47,040 nucleotides of DNA, taken from positions 1-47,040 of the forward strand of contig PSPG01000013.1 in assembly GCA_003193925.1 (NCBI GenBank), given 5' to 3'. The translations under genes and the position numbers were made by a program. The notes under the pieces were generated by a model, which saw nothing but the letters and a program-made list of their open reading frames with translations, was not told the origin of the DNA and did not search any database. Shown one piece after another: positions 31,078-39,746 of this stretch (position 1 is the first letter of the stretch; the number at the start of each line of letters is the position of its first letter). Origin of the DNA: Candidatus Thalassarchaeum betae. Its GTDB lineage: Archaea; Thermoplasmatota; Poseidoniia; Poseidoniales; Thalassarchaeaceae.

Positions 31078-32063
31078 GGCTCGGGTAGGCCCTCTCGGCG
31101 CCATTGCTCGATAATCGGCAGGTCTGCTGGGAGCCATTGCACATCGAGCAACTCGTCTCGCGAGAGCCAACGAGCCGCCTCGTGCTCGGCGAGAGCGAAC
31201 GCCGAGGGATCGATGACTCCGCAGTTCCAGATCTGTAGGCTCACCGACCTGTCATCGTACTCGTAGTCGATGTGGGCGACCTTCTCCTTGGGTGTTGGCG
31301 AGATTCCCAGCTCCTCCTCAAGCTCGCGGAGAAGTGCCGTGGGCGGGTCCTCGTCTGAGTCAATCTTCCCTCCCGGGAACTCCCACCACCCCCCCCAAGC
31401 GTCCTCATTGGGTCTGCGGCAGGACAGAATCCTACCCCTGTCGTCGAACAACAGAGCGCCGACGACCTCATACTTGGGTCTGGTCACAAGACATCTCGCG
31501 ACCCTATGGACCGCCGCTACCTGCTGGTCGAGTAGAATCTCGCTCTCGGGCGGTAGGTGCACGAAAATCGCAGGCAATGCGGGTCCGGTGCTGGCTTGCA
31601 ACTCGTAGAGCGTCCTGTAGATGGTCTCGTTGCACACGTAGCCGCCCGGGTCTTTGCTCCACTGCACATCGGGGTCGTGCTCGAACTCCTCGTCCAGAAC
31701 GTGGATGGAGGCCGTCGTCTCCAGGGCGTCGGGGCCGTAGGCGACGATACTGCCGGACTCTTCCAGTCTTCCAGAGTTGTCTGGCTCGGTCATCGAGTAG
31801 CTGTTGCGAGCTAGCCTCTCGAGACAGATTCCAGTCCTCCTCTGAGCCAATCCGAGGTGGAGTATGCCATCCACCTCGATACCGTCTCTGATTTCAGTAG
31901 CCACAGCGCTTGAGCCGGCCTCGTCCACGCTAAGCATCCGTGTCACTACATCAAGGCCGTCGATGCCATCCCTCTCGAGACGCTCCAAGACGGATTCTGA
32001 GACGTTCGTCTCTAAATCCGAGAACGGCGGGAATGCCGTGACGAGGATTCTCGGCTCGCTCAC
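31074..32063 (-). CDS. Pyroglutamyl-peptidase I (C15) fused to a MutT-like NUDIX hydrolase
   Basis: ILVTAFPPF, LERLARN (Glu), GGYVCNE (Cys), FVHLP (His); then WEFPGGKIDSDE...RELEEELG Nudix box. Start GTG 32063. Confidence 0.9.
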   Translation of the reverse strand: MSEPRILVTAFPPFSDLETNVSESVLERLERDGIDGLDVVTRMLSVDEAGSSAVATEIRDGIEVDGILHLGLAQRRTGICLERLARNSYSMTEPDNSGRLEESGSIVAYGPDALETTASIHVLDEEFEHDPDVQWSKDPGGYVCNETIYRTLYELQASTGPALPAIFVHLPPESEILLDQQVAAVHRVARCLVTRPKYEVVGALLFDDRGRILSCRRPNEDAWGGWWEFPGGKIDSDEDPPTALLRELEEELGISPTPKEKVAHIDYEYDDRSVSLQIWNCGVIDPSAFALAEHEAARWLSRDELLDVQWLPADLPIIEQWRREGLPEP

Positions 32064-32151
32064 ATGGCAACGGTGTCGAGAGGTGCTGTTCGCCTTTTCG
32101 CCGAGCCAGTCGGCGTCAGATTCATGCATCGGGGCATTGGGTGGCCTGCCG

Positions 32152-32484
32152 ATGGCCGAGGAGTACGTGGTGAGTGTCGTGCCCGACGAGGGGCCCGAAG
32201 AGGCCAGTACCCTAGGCGTTGTCGGCGTCATCTGGAACGAGTTGAGCGGGGGAATCGGTCCATGGGGGACTCTGCGTCCACTAGTGGCTCTGGCCCTCTC
32301 ACTAGTCCCGTTCCTGTATCTCGGACAGCACTTCAACCGGCAGCACGGCAAGGGATTCGGTTGGTTCGTCATCCAACTGCCGCTGATTCTGTCCGTTGTG
32401 CTCTGGCCCGTCCTCTTCATCTGGTCGATAGCGGATGCCTGGTGGGTCTCCAGCGGCATCGTCGCTCGCGCCCAGTCAGCCTAA
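32152..32484 (+). CDS. Small hypothetical membrane protein
   Basis: 110 aa from ATG 32152, 2-3 hydrophobic helices, C-terminal IWSIADAW. Confidence 0.65.
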   Translation: MAEEYVVSVVPDEGPEEASTLGVVGVIWNELSGGIGPWGTLRPLVALALSLVPFLYLGQHFNRQHGKGFGWFVIQLPLILSVVLWPVLFIWSIADAWWVSSGIVARAQSA

Positions 32485-32510
32485 GTGAGCCTCAGGAACT
32501 GATTCAGCAA

Positions 32511-32978
32511 TCAGAATCCATCGGGCAAGTCGATCGGGCTGAACAGTTGCCCGGGGCTGCTGGAGTTGGCGAGCTGCACCCTGACCATCGACTCCCATTC
32601 CCTGAGCAGCGTCAACGCAGGTGCGAACGGTAAGCGGGTCTCGTTGAGAATCGTCCTAATCAGGGTGTCGAGGATGTCCATCCTGTCCTCATCTAAGCTC
32701 CCAAGAAGCGTCTCGAGAGGAAACGAGTCGATCCTCGGAGCCTCGCCCTCGACATCTGTCCCCCACGGCTCGGTCAGCCCCTCAGGCAGTTCCTCGCCGT
32801 TCCTAGCGGCTGCCGTCTCGAGTGACTCGAGCAGTATCCGTATGTACTTCGAGAGGACCAGTGCGACCTCGACCACTGGCATGCTGAACTGATTGGCGAA
32901 GTTGACCATGTTCTCTTGGAGGAACAGCAGTCGCTCCTCGACTGGTGCGTCAGGGGCCGGTAGCGTGTCGTCGGCCAT
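32511..32978 (-). CDS. Hypothetical acidic helical protein with an internal 40-aa duplication
   Basis: Fills the intergenic gap with typical codon usage; the two halves align without gaps. Confidence 0.72.
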   Translation of the reverse strand: MADDTLPAPDAPVEERLLFLQENMVNFANQFSMPVVEVALVLSKYIRILLESLETAAARNGEELPEGLTEPWGTDVEGEAPRIDSFPLETLLGSLDEDRMDILDTLIRTILNETRLPFAPALTLLREWESMVRVQLANSSSPGQLFSPIDLPDGF

Positions 32979-33019
32979 GAGGCCGGGAGCGAGCCGTCGC
33001 ACATGAATGCAGTCTGTGC

Positions 33020-36000
33020 TTACGACGTCGTCCGGTCGTCGTACCTGATGGGCGAGCCGCTGTTGCCGCGGACGCCGTCGAGCATGTCATCCTCAATCTC
33101 GAAGAAGTCGTTCAGCCAGTCACCGTCGGTGTCCCAGTTGGTCGGGTCGGTGCCGTCGGCGATCTGATCCCCGTCTATGTCAATCTGCCACCATCCGTAG
33201 ACGTACTCGCCCAAGCCGGTGTTCGGCAGGTGGTACTGGTCGCCGGCGAACCTGTGGTACTCGTCGGTCCAAGCGCCGTTCACCAGGACCTCGTCGTCGC
33301 TGGTGTCGATGTCCTCGTAGTCGCCGTCGTTGTCGTTGACTATCAGGGCATAGAGCATGTCGGCGTTGTTCGCCCTGTACATGCGGAAGTAGTTGGAACT
33401 GAGCGCCGCACTGCCCGAGCAGGTCCCCAACAGTGACTCGCGCAACTGCCACCACTCATGGACGATGCTGCCCGAGCAGTCGTAGAGGTTTGCCTGCCTG
33501 ACCAGCGTCGGGGATGCCAGGGAGGCGTTGACAAGGCCGTAGTACTCCTGGAAGTTGTTGTACGGGACGTAGATGCAACTGCCGCTGGAGCAGTCCCAGC
33601 CGCCGTCGTTATCGGCGTCTTGGCCGGCATCAGACGGGTCGGTGGCGTCGTGGGTGAACCACACCCAGTCCAACTCGGGCCTCGCTATGTTGACACCGGA
33701 GATGTTGACTGGTTTCCAGTTGGTCGCGGTGATCTGCTGCCACACGACTGAGATCTTGAGGTAGGACGACCAGTTGTCGTTAGCCTCGTTCCATCCCCTG
33801 TAGTACTCGTAGAAGTCGGGCATCATGTCGCCGTCGCTGTCGTTGTCCAGCGGGTTGGTGCCATACTTGAACACCTCACGACCGTCCGAGAGGTTAGTGT
33901 CCTGGACGTAGCCGATCACAGCACCGCTCTGCATGATTGGATTCATCACCATCGAATCGTCATCGGAATCGGGATCGAGCGGGAGCGTGCCGTTCTCATA
34001 CTCCATCAGATTGGTGAAGTACAGTTCGAGGAAGCCCTGTCCGATCTGCTGGTCTACCGCTGCGGGCGTGAACTGCCTGTCCTCCCAAGTTCCCTGCTCG
34101 GCTGGAACGTCGCCCCAGTTCCTGTCGTACCAGCCGTCGGCGTCGGGGTCATAGGCGACGTCGAGGGGGTTGATCGGGTTCATCGACCAGCGGTACGCGT
34201 TGACGGGCAGGAACTCGCCGTAGATGGAATAGCAGAACTCCCAGCCGTCGGGTATCCCGTCCCTGTCGGAGTCACTATCTGTCGGGTCGCTGACCCCGGC
34301 CAAACTGTAGTTGAACGTGTCGGCATCGATCTCGTTGATCAGCCCGGCACGTTCGGCGGATACGAGGCTCTTGGTGGAGAACAGGACGTACAACTGGCCG
34401 AAGGCGGCCTCGTACGTCATTCCGTTCTCTTCGATCTGCGCCGTGACAGCATCAGCACCATACGAGACCAAGCCGGTGCCGTTCGGGATGGTGTCAATGG
34501 CTGAACGCTTGCCGTAGACCCTCGCGTCGTACTCGGCGAGGTTGTCGTAGGATTCGGAGTCGGAGATGTGGCCGTCGTTGTTGCAGTCGAACGAGTCGTC
34601 GTCTGAGTCCGTGTGGATGTCGTTGTCGGTCAGGAGATTCATCTCCCAGATGTTCTCCTCGAGATTCCACTCTGTGAACCAGTACTCGTAGCCGTCGCTC
34701 ATGCCGTCCCTGTCGGTGTCCTCGGAATTCGGATCCGATGCCCCGAGCAGCGCTGAGATGACAGGTTTGGCAGGCATTCCCTGCTGCCACTCCTGAAACT
34801 GGGCGATGGCCAGCTGAGCCCTACCCTCCTTGTTGAACAGAATCCTGTAGACCCTGTTCACCGACTCATCGGGGTCCAGTTGCTCGGCCTCCTCCCACAT
34901 GCGCGGCGCATCGGGCGGAGACAGCCCTCCGTTCGCCGGGTTGTTCAGCGTCAGATTGAGCTCGACGAGGTCGGTGATGCCGTCGCGGTCTGAGTCGTAG
35001 TTGCCGTCGCCCGCGACGAGAGGGTTGAGTGTCCAGACCTTGTCAGTCGAGTTCCAGCGCGTGAATATCAGCTCAATGCCGTCGAGCAGGCCGTCGCCAT
35101 CGGTATCGGGGTCGTTGGGGTCAGCGGTCCTTCCGCTCTTGTTGACCTGCTCGTCTGACAGGAACATACCGAAGGAGGCGGCGGACTCGGCTGAGAGCCA
35201 GGGCGATGCCAGCAGTTCGCCACCGACGCTGAGCAGGTAGAACTGCGGCACGGTGATCAGTTCGTCGGTCTCGCTGAGGTTGCCGTCGATGACGTTGTAC
35301 TCCTCCCAGTTGTTCATCCCGTCGCCGTCTGGGTCGCCGAGTCGGTCCCTCTCGTCGACGGGATTGAGGGTCCACTGCTGGTCGAACAGGCTCCATCTGG
35401 CGTAGTAGAACTCCCATCCGTCTGGCATCCCGTCGCGGTCGGAGTCGGCGCTCAACGGGTTGGCGGCACCGACATCCCGAGGCGTCGTCCCGTTGACTAG
35501 GCTGCGGTATGCGGGGCTGGTGAAGTGGCCGAACGAGTCGTCCGCGGAGTCGAGCCAGGTCTCGTTCCACAACTGGGTGGTGAAGTTCTCCGGGTAAGCC
35601 ATGCCCGAGGCGGACTGGTCGCCGTACAGTATCTCCGACTTGAGGTGGTACTCGAGCCAGTTGACCAGTCTCTCCTCAAGGTCGAGCACCCCATCGTGGT
35701 TGATGTCGAAGCCATCGCCGTCGGGGTTGTTGAGGTAGTCTGATCCGTTGAGTGGGTTGATTCCCGCGTTGTCCCTGTTCCAAGTGCAGGTGTAACGGGC
35801 CTCCCAGCCGTCGGGCAGGGAGTCGCCGTCGGAATCGATGTTATTGGGGTCGGTCTTGGTCCAATTGGTCGCAGCCTCGGCGGTCTCCCCGTGCGTCGGT
35901 AGGCCCTCGCGCAGGACTGTCTCGAGCAGGTTGCCCCACATATACTCACACAGATTGCTGAGTCCGTCGCCATCGGCGTCCTCATCCTTGTCCGTCGGGT

Positions 36001-38740
36001 CCCTAGGGTCCAGCGTCCAGAGATTCCCGCCGTTGTAGGCATCGCCGATCCACCTGCGGTGCTCCATCTCCCAGCCGTCGGGCATCCCGTCGCCATCGGT
36101 ATCCGGGTTGGTGGGGTCGGTCGGACCGTCAGTGCCCCCGCCCGCGCCCGAGCCCAGCCACCCCTCGAGGTGGACCTGCTCGGCAAGCCTGCCAGTCTCC
36201 TCGTCGCAGATGTACTCGTGATTGAGGTAATGGCAGTCGAAGTTAGTCGAGTCGGCGAACCAGCCCCAGTACTCCTCGCCATCGGTGAGTCCATCGTCGT
36301 CCGAGTCAATGTCCCTCGGGTCGGTGCCGTTGAATCCGCCCGAGGTCGTGGATACGAACCTGTACTCGTCCAAGTTAGTCCAGTCTCTGTCGAACTCGAA
36401 GCCGTCGGAGGAGGTGAAATGGACGCCGTCTGCGTCGGCGTCGCGATAACGGTCGTGGGGATCAGTCGGGTCGAGGCCGTAGATGAACTCCCAGCCATCG
36501 GGCATACCGTCGAGGTCCGAGTCGCTGGACGTCGGATCGATCGGCATGATGTTCATATATCGGCCCGGTGAGATGCCTGCGAATACCCACAGATCCCCGG
36601 CGTGCTCCAGAGTGGTCAGGGAGGTGACCAAACCGGGGATCCTAGTAAGGTTGAGGTAAATGCCTAGGACGCCCGAATGGCCGCCTTCGAGGGCCCATGT
36701 CCCGTCTCTGGAGCCGATGACCACCATGCCGTTCATGGGCAGCACCGAGCGAACGTCGTTGGCGCCCTTGGCCCATCTGTCGATGTTGTACATCCTCTCG
36801 GAGTCGAAGGCCGTGTAAGGCATCTGAATCAGGAGGTCTAAGTCGAGCAGTTGCAGGCCTCCGGCGGTGCCTACCCAGATTCCAGTGACCTCCTCGACGC
36901 CGCCGACGGCGTCCAAGGGGCCGGCTAGTACCAGCGCGTTGACCACGGCGGACTTGGAGACGTCCAGCAGGTCCGCCCGCTGGACGAAATCCTCCGCGTT
37001 CTCGCGGTCAAAGACCCACCATGGGTCGCCGGCGGAGGCCGAACCGTCGGTGGTGTTCCAAGCGATGAGCCCGGCATCGGTCCCAACCAAGAGCAGTGGG
37101 CCTCGTCCCTCCATCGGCACATGCAAGGCCGTGTTGACCTCGGTGTTGGAGCCTGACAGCGTGTCGGCCATCGCGTCGTTGTACTCGGGCTCGCCGACCA
37201 GAGCGTCCTCGTCCTCGCCCTGATCCATCACAGTGACGGTCCAAACGGCAGAGTTCTGGCCGAACAGGATCAGGTCGAGGTCGCCACTGCCCGTCTGGAG
37301 GGCGAAGATGTTCTTGACGGGCCCGATGTCAGAGTGAGACATGGAGTCCATCACGGGCAGTCCGCTGTCGAGCGTGATGCAGTGCAATCCGAGGTTGGAG
37401 CCGATCAGCAGGAAGTCCGAGTCACCAGGGGACCATCGCATCATGGTGTACATCTCCATCCCCGAGGGCAATCCGTGCAGCGATGCGGAGCCCTCGAACG
37501 GGTCGACGGCGGAGATTCCGTATCTCGAGCCGATTAGCAGCCTGTCCCTCGCAGAGTCGGACAGCACGGTGTGGACCGCCCCGTCCACGAGCCCCGGGCT
37601 CGTGCCTTGGTCGAAGGAAATCACCCCCCCCTCGGAGTCCGAGGACGAAGTGCCTCTGAGACCAGGGGTGACCCAAGCCCCGTCGTCGAAGTGAACCATG
37701 TACTCCTCGTAGTTGCTGAAGGCCTCGCCCCAGTGGGCAGTGGAGATGGAGATGTCGGGGATCAGGAAGCCGTCCCTGTCGAGGTCCCATCCGTCCGAGT
37801 CGCTGTCCAGGATGGCGTCGCTGGAGTTCCGTGGGTCCAAGCCGTAGTGGACCTCCCAGCCGTCGGGTATCCCGTCCCCGGGGACGGCGAGTCCGATTGC
37901 AATCACCTCTGACCAGGTGTAGTAGTCCGAGTCTGCCTTGGTGGGGTCGCTCCCGAGCCAGCCGTTGTCTCCGGTTGCCCTCTCGACATCGCTCTGACAA
38001 GCATCTGGGCTAAGCCCAGCGATCTGCCCGGCGCACCAAAGCCCGTCTCTCTCTGTCAGCCAGTCGTCGGAGGTGCCGTACAGGTACTCCTCCGAGTTGG
38101 TGTAACGCTCACCGAGGTCGATGAATCCGTCTCGGTTGACGTCGAAGCCGTCACCGCAGCCGAAGCTGAAGTCCTCGCAGCGGTCGATGTCCTCGGTAGA
38201 GTCAGAGGGATCGAGGGGGTCGAACCACAGGCACTGCCATGCATTGGTTGCGTTCTGGTAGCCCAGTCCCCCCTCGGTGCACATATAGATCTCGTAACCG
38301 TCAGGCAGACCGTCACCGTCGGTGTCGGCATTTCGGGGGTCGAGGTACTCCCGGAGGCCAGAATCGGTCAGATGTGGCGGCTTGCCAGTCAGGGAGAGCC
38401 TGTCGAAGCACACGTCGAGGGTGTAGGGCCAGCAGAACTCGAGGAGGGCGCTGGCGCCGTCGTTGTCGTGATCGGACATGTTGTCGGTCCCGTTGGTGGG
38501 GTCCAAGCCCCTGACGCTGACCACCCCCGTGCTGGTCTCAATCAGTCTGACATCGCCGAATACCGACTCGTGCAAATCGGGTATTCTGTCGCCATCCTCG
38601 TCGGTGACAGGGGGGCCCCCTCTGTCCGCTGTAATCGGATCGGTCGATGAAACGGGTGACTGGGGGCGGGTCTGAGAGACGAAAGCCAAACCTCCGAGGA
38701 GCAGGAGTGTCATGAGTAGCGCTGTCTGCTTGCGACGCAT
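33020..38740 (-). CDS. Giant (1906 aa) secreted DxDxDG/thrombospondin-type-3-like repeat protein with a central beta-propeller-like region
   Basis: N-terminal signal/anchor; about 25 D[ST]DxDG[LMI]xDG[WY]E-like motifs; central blades LLIGS, LLVGTDAGL, IWVGTAGGL, VVIGSRDG. Confidence 0.88.
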   Translation of the reverse strand: MRRKQTALLMTLLLLGGLAFVSQTRPQSPVSSTDPITADRGGPPVTDEDGDRIPDLHESVFGDVRLIETSTGVVSVRGLDPTNGTDNMSDHDNDGASALLEFCWPYTLDVCFDRLSLTGKPPHLTDSGLREYLDPRNADTDGDGLPDGYEIYMCTEGGLGYQNATNAWQCLWFDPLDPSDSTEDIDRCEDFSFGCGDGFDVNRDGFIDLGERYTNSEEYLYGTSDDWLTERDGLWCAGQIAGLSPDACQSDVERATGDNGWLGSDPTKADSDYYTWSEVIAIGLAVPGDGIPDGWEVHYGLDPRNSSDAILDSDSDGWDLDRDGFLIPDISISTAHWGEAFSNYEEYMVHFDDGAWVTPGLRGTSSSDSEGGVISFDQGTSPGLVDGAVHTVLSDSARDRLLIGSRYGISAVDPFEGSASLHGLPSGMEMYTMMRWSPGDSDFLLIGSNLGLHCITLDSGLPVMDSMSHSDIGPVKNIFALQTGSGDLDLILFGQNSAVWTVTVMDQGEDEDALVGEPEYNDAMADTLSGSNTEVNTALHVPMEGRGPLLLVGTDAGLIAWNTTDGSASAGDPWWVFDRENAEDFVQRADLLDVSKSAVVNALVLAGPLDAVGGVEEVTGIWVGTAGGLQLLDLDLLIQMPYTAFDSERMYNIDRWAKGANDVRSVLPMNGMVVIGSRDGTWALEGGHSGVLGIYLNLTRIPGLVTSLTTLEHAGDLWVFAGISPGRYMNIMPIDPTSSDSDLDGMPDGWEFIYGLDPTDPHDRYRDADADGVHFTSSDGFEFDRDWTNLDEYRFVSTTSGGFNGTDPRDIDSDDDGLTDGEEYWGWFADSTNFDCHYLNHEYICDEETGRLAEQVHLEGWLGSGAGGGTDGPTDPTNPDTDGDGMPDGWEMEHRRWIGDAYNGGNLWTLDPRDPTDKDEDADGDGLSNLCEYMWGNLLETVLREGLPTHGETAEAATNWTKTDPNNIDSDGDSLPDGWEARYTCTWNRDNAGINPLNGSDYLNNPDGDGFDINHDGVLDLEERLVNWLEYHLKSEILYGDQSASGMAYPENFTTQLWNETWLDSADDSFGHFTSPAYRSLVNGTTPRDVGAANPLSADSDRDGMPDGWEFYYARWSLFDQQWTLNPVDERDRLGDPDGDGMNNWEEYNVIDGNLSETDELITVPQFYLLSVGGELLASPWLSAESAASFGMFLSDEQVNKSGRTADPNDPDTDGDGLLDGIELIFTRWNSTDKVWTLNPLVAGDGNYDSDRDGITDLVELNLTLNNPANGGLSPPDAPRMWEEAEQLDPDESVNRVYRILFNKEGRAQLAIAQFQEWQQGMPAKPVISALLGASDPNSEDTDRDGMSDGYEYWFTEWNLEENIWEMNLLTDNDIHTDSDDDSFDCNNDGHISDSESYDNLAEYDARVYGKRSAIDTIPNGTGLVSYGADAVTAQIEENGMTYEAAFGQLYVLFSTKSLVSAERAGLINEIDADTFNYSLAGVSDPTDSDSDRDGIPDGWEFCYSIYGEFLPVNAYRWSMNPINPLDVAYDPDADGWYDRNWGDVPAEQGTWEDRQFTPAAVDQQIGQGFLELYFTNLMEYENGTLPLDPDSDDDSMVMNPIMQSGAVIGYVQDTNLSDGREVFKYGTNPLDNDSDGDMMPDFYEYYRGWNEANDNWSSYLKISVVWQQITATNWKPVNISGVNIARPELDWVWFTHDATDPSDAGQDADNDGGWDCSSGSCIYVPYNNFQEYYGLVNASLASPTLVRQANLYDCSGSIVHEWWQLRESLLGTCSGSAALSSNYFRMYRANNADMLYALIVNDNDGDYEDIDTSDDEVLVNGAWTDEYHRFAGDQYHLPNTGLGEYVYGWWQIDIDGDQIADGTDPTNWDTDGDWLNDFFEIEDDMLDGVRGNSGSPIRYDDRTTS

Positions 38741-38777
38741 GATATGACCTCGTCTAGACGGATTCGAGCGCCCTTGG

Positions 38778-38869
38778 CTGACTTATGATGATGATGGAGC
38801 GCCGTTCGGACACGTTGCGGTCACACACACGCGACGGCAGAGCCGTCGGAAGCCCTGAATCACAGTCGG
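38778..38869 (+). ncRNA. Candidate box C/D (kink-turn) small RNA
   Basis: ATGATGA at 38785 and 38788, CTGA at 38855-38858, terminal pairing CTGACT/AGTCGG and TGAT/ATCA, internal hairpins. Confidence 0.4.
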
Positions 38870-38933
38870 AGAACCTAGCGGACGGATTCATTCAAGGGGG
38901 GCGATTGGCCGGATGCTCTCGATTACCGTGGGA

Positions 38934-39746
38934 ATGGAGATTACTCATCTCGGCTCGGGTAGCAGAGGCAACTCGACGCTGCTGAAATCAGGTAGCACCC
39001 GAGTTCTGGTGGATTGCGGATTCTCGCTGCGCCAGATGGAAATTAGATTGGGGCTAGTGGGTGTCGAACCAACTTCGATAGACGGTATCCTCGTCACTCA
39101 TCACCACGCTGACCACTCGCGTTCGGCGATGCGTGCTGCTAAGCTGTGGGGCGCGAGCCTGCATGCCAATCTGGGGACGGCGTCGAGGATGGGGTGGGGG
39201 CCGATCTCCGAGTGCAGGACCTTCGGGGACTTGGAGAGGATCAGCATCTCGGACGATCTCAGCCTGCTACCGATCCCAGTGCCTCACGAGGATGCTGACA
39301 ACGTCGCCGTGATCGCCACCAACGGCGACGGGCGCAGAGCTGGCATCGTGACCGACCTCGGTGAGCCTACGGTCGAGCTGAAGAGGCATCTGAGCGGATG
39401 CAGCCACGTCTCCGTCGAGGCGAATTACGATCTCCGGCGTCTGATGAGCGGGCCCTACCCCGAATCGCTCAAGAGGAGGATTTCAAGCAGGGGAGGCCAC
39501 CTCTCGAACTCTCAGACGGCCGAGATGCTCGCCGAGATACTGCACCCGGCCCTAGACAGCATCGTGCTGTGCCACCTGTCTGAGAAGAACAACGCCCCGC
39601 ATCTGGCTGAGAGCGAAGTGCTTCTGCACATCGGCGATCGCTACTCGGGGGACCTGTCGATCTCGAAACAGGACGGACCGGAGTTCAGCCATTGGCTGGG
39701 TCAGGTGGAGCCCGAGGGGGGGGTGAGGCGGCTTAGTGTCCCATGA
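38934..39746 (+). CDS. MBL-fold metallo-hydrolase, YycJ/WalJ-like
   Basis: LGSGSRGN, VDCG, THHHADH, TDLG, EANYD..LMSGPYP.SLK.RI..RGGHLSN, HLSEKNN. Confidence 0.9.
   Translation: MEITHLGSGSRGNSTLLKSGSTRVLVDCGFSLRQMEIRLGLVGVEPTSIDGILVTHHHADHSRSAMRAAKLWGASLHANLGTASRMGWGPISECRTFGDLERISISDDLSLLPIPVPHEDADNVAVIATNGDGRRAGIVTDLGEPTVELKRHLSGCSHVSVEANYDLRRLMSGPYPESLKRRISSRGGHLSNSQTAEMLAEILHPALDSIVLCHLSEKNNAPHLAESEVLLHIGDRYSGDLSISKQDGPEFSHWLGQVEPEGGVRRLSVP

Noticed and set aside
32064-32459. N-terminal 132-aa extension of the pcp-NUDIX ORF
   Set aside because: It overlaps the opposite-strand membrane protein; C15 homology starts at GTG 32063.
32600-32645. RLPFAPALTLLRE resembling the start of an archaeal histone fold
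   Set aside because: Too little sequence follows for a histone fold, and the rest does not match; the internal duplication explains it better.
33020-38740. Recurrent nucleotide motifs (e.g. CCCAGCCGTCGGG) as a CRISPR array or DGR repeat
   Set aside because: They are short, irregularly spaced, in-frame codons for PDGWE; no cas or reverse transcriptase gene is present.
38785-38985. 66-aa ORF starting MMMM
   Set aside because: It overlaps the MBL gene out of frame and has no motif; the ATG run is better explained as C-box-like sequence.
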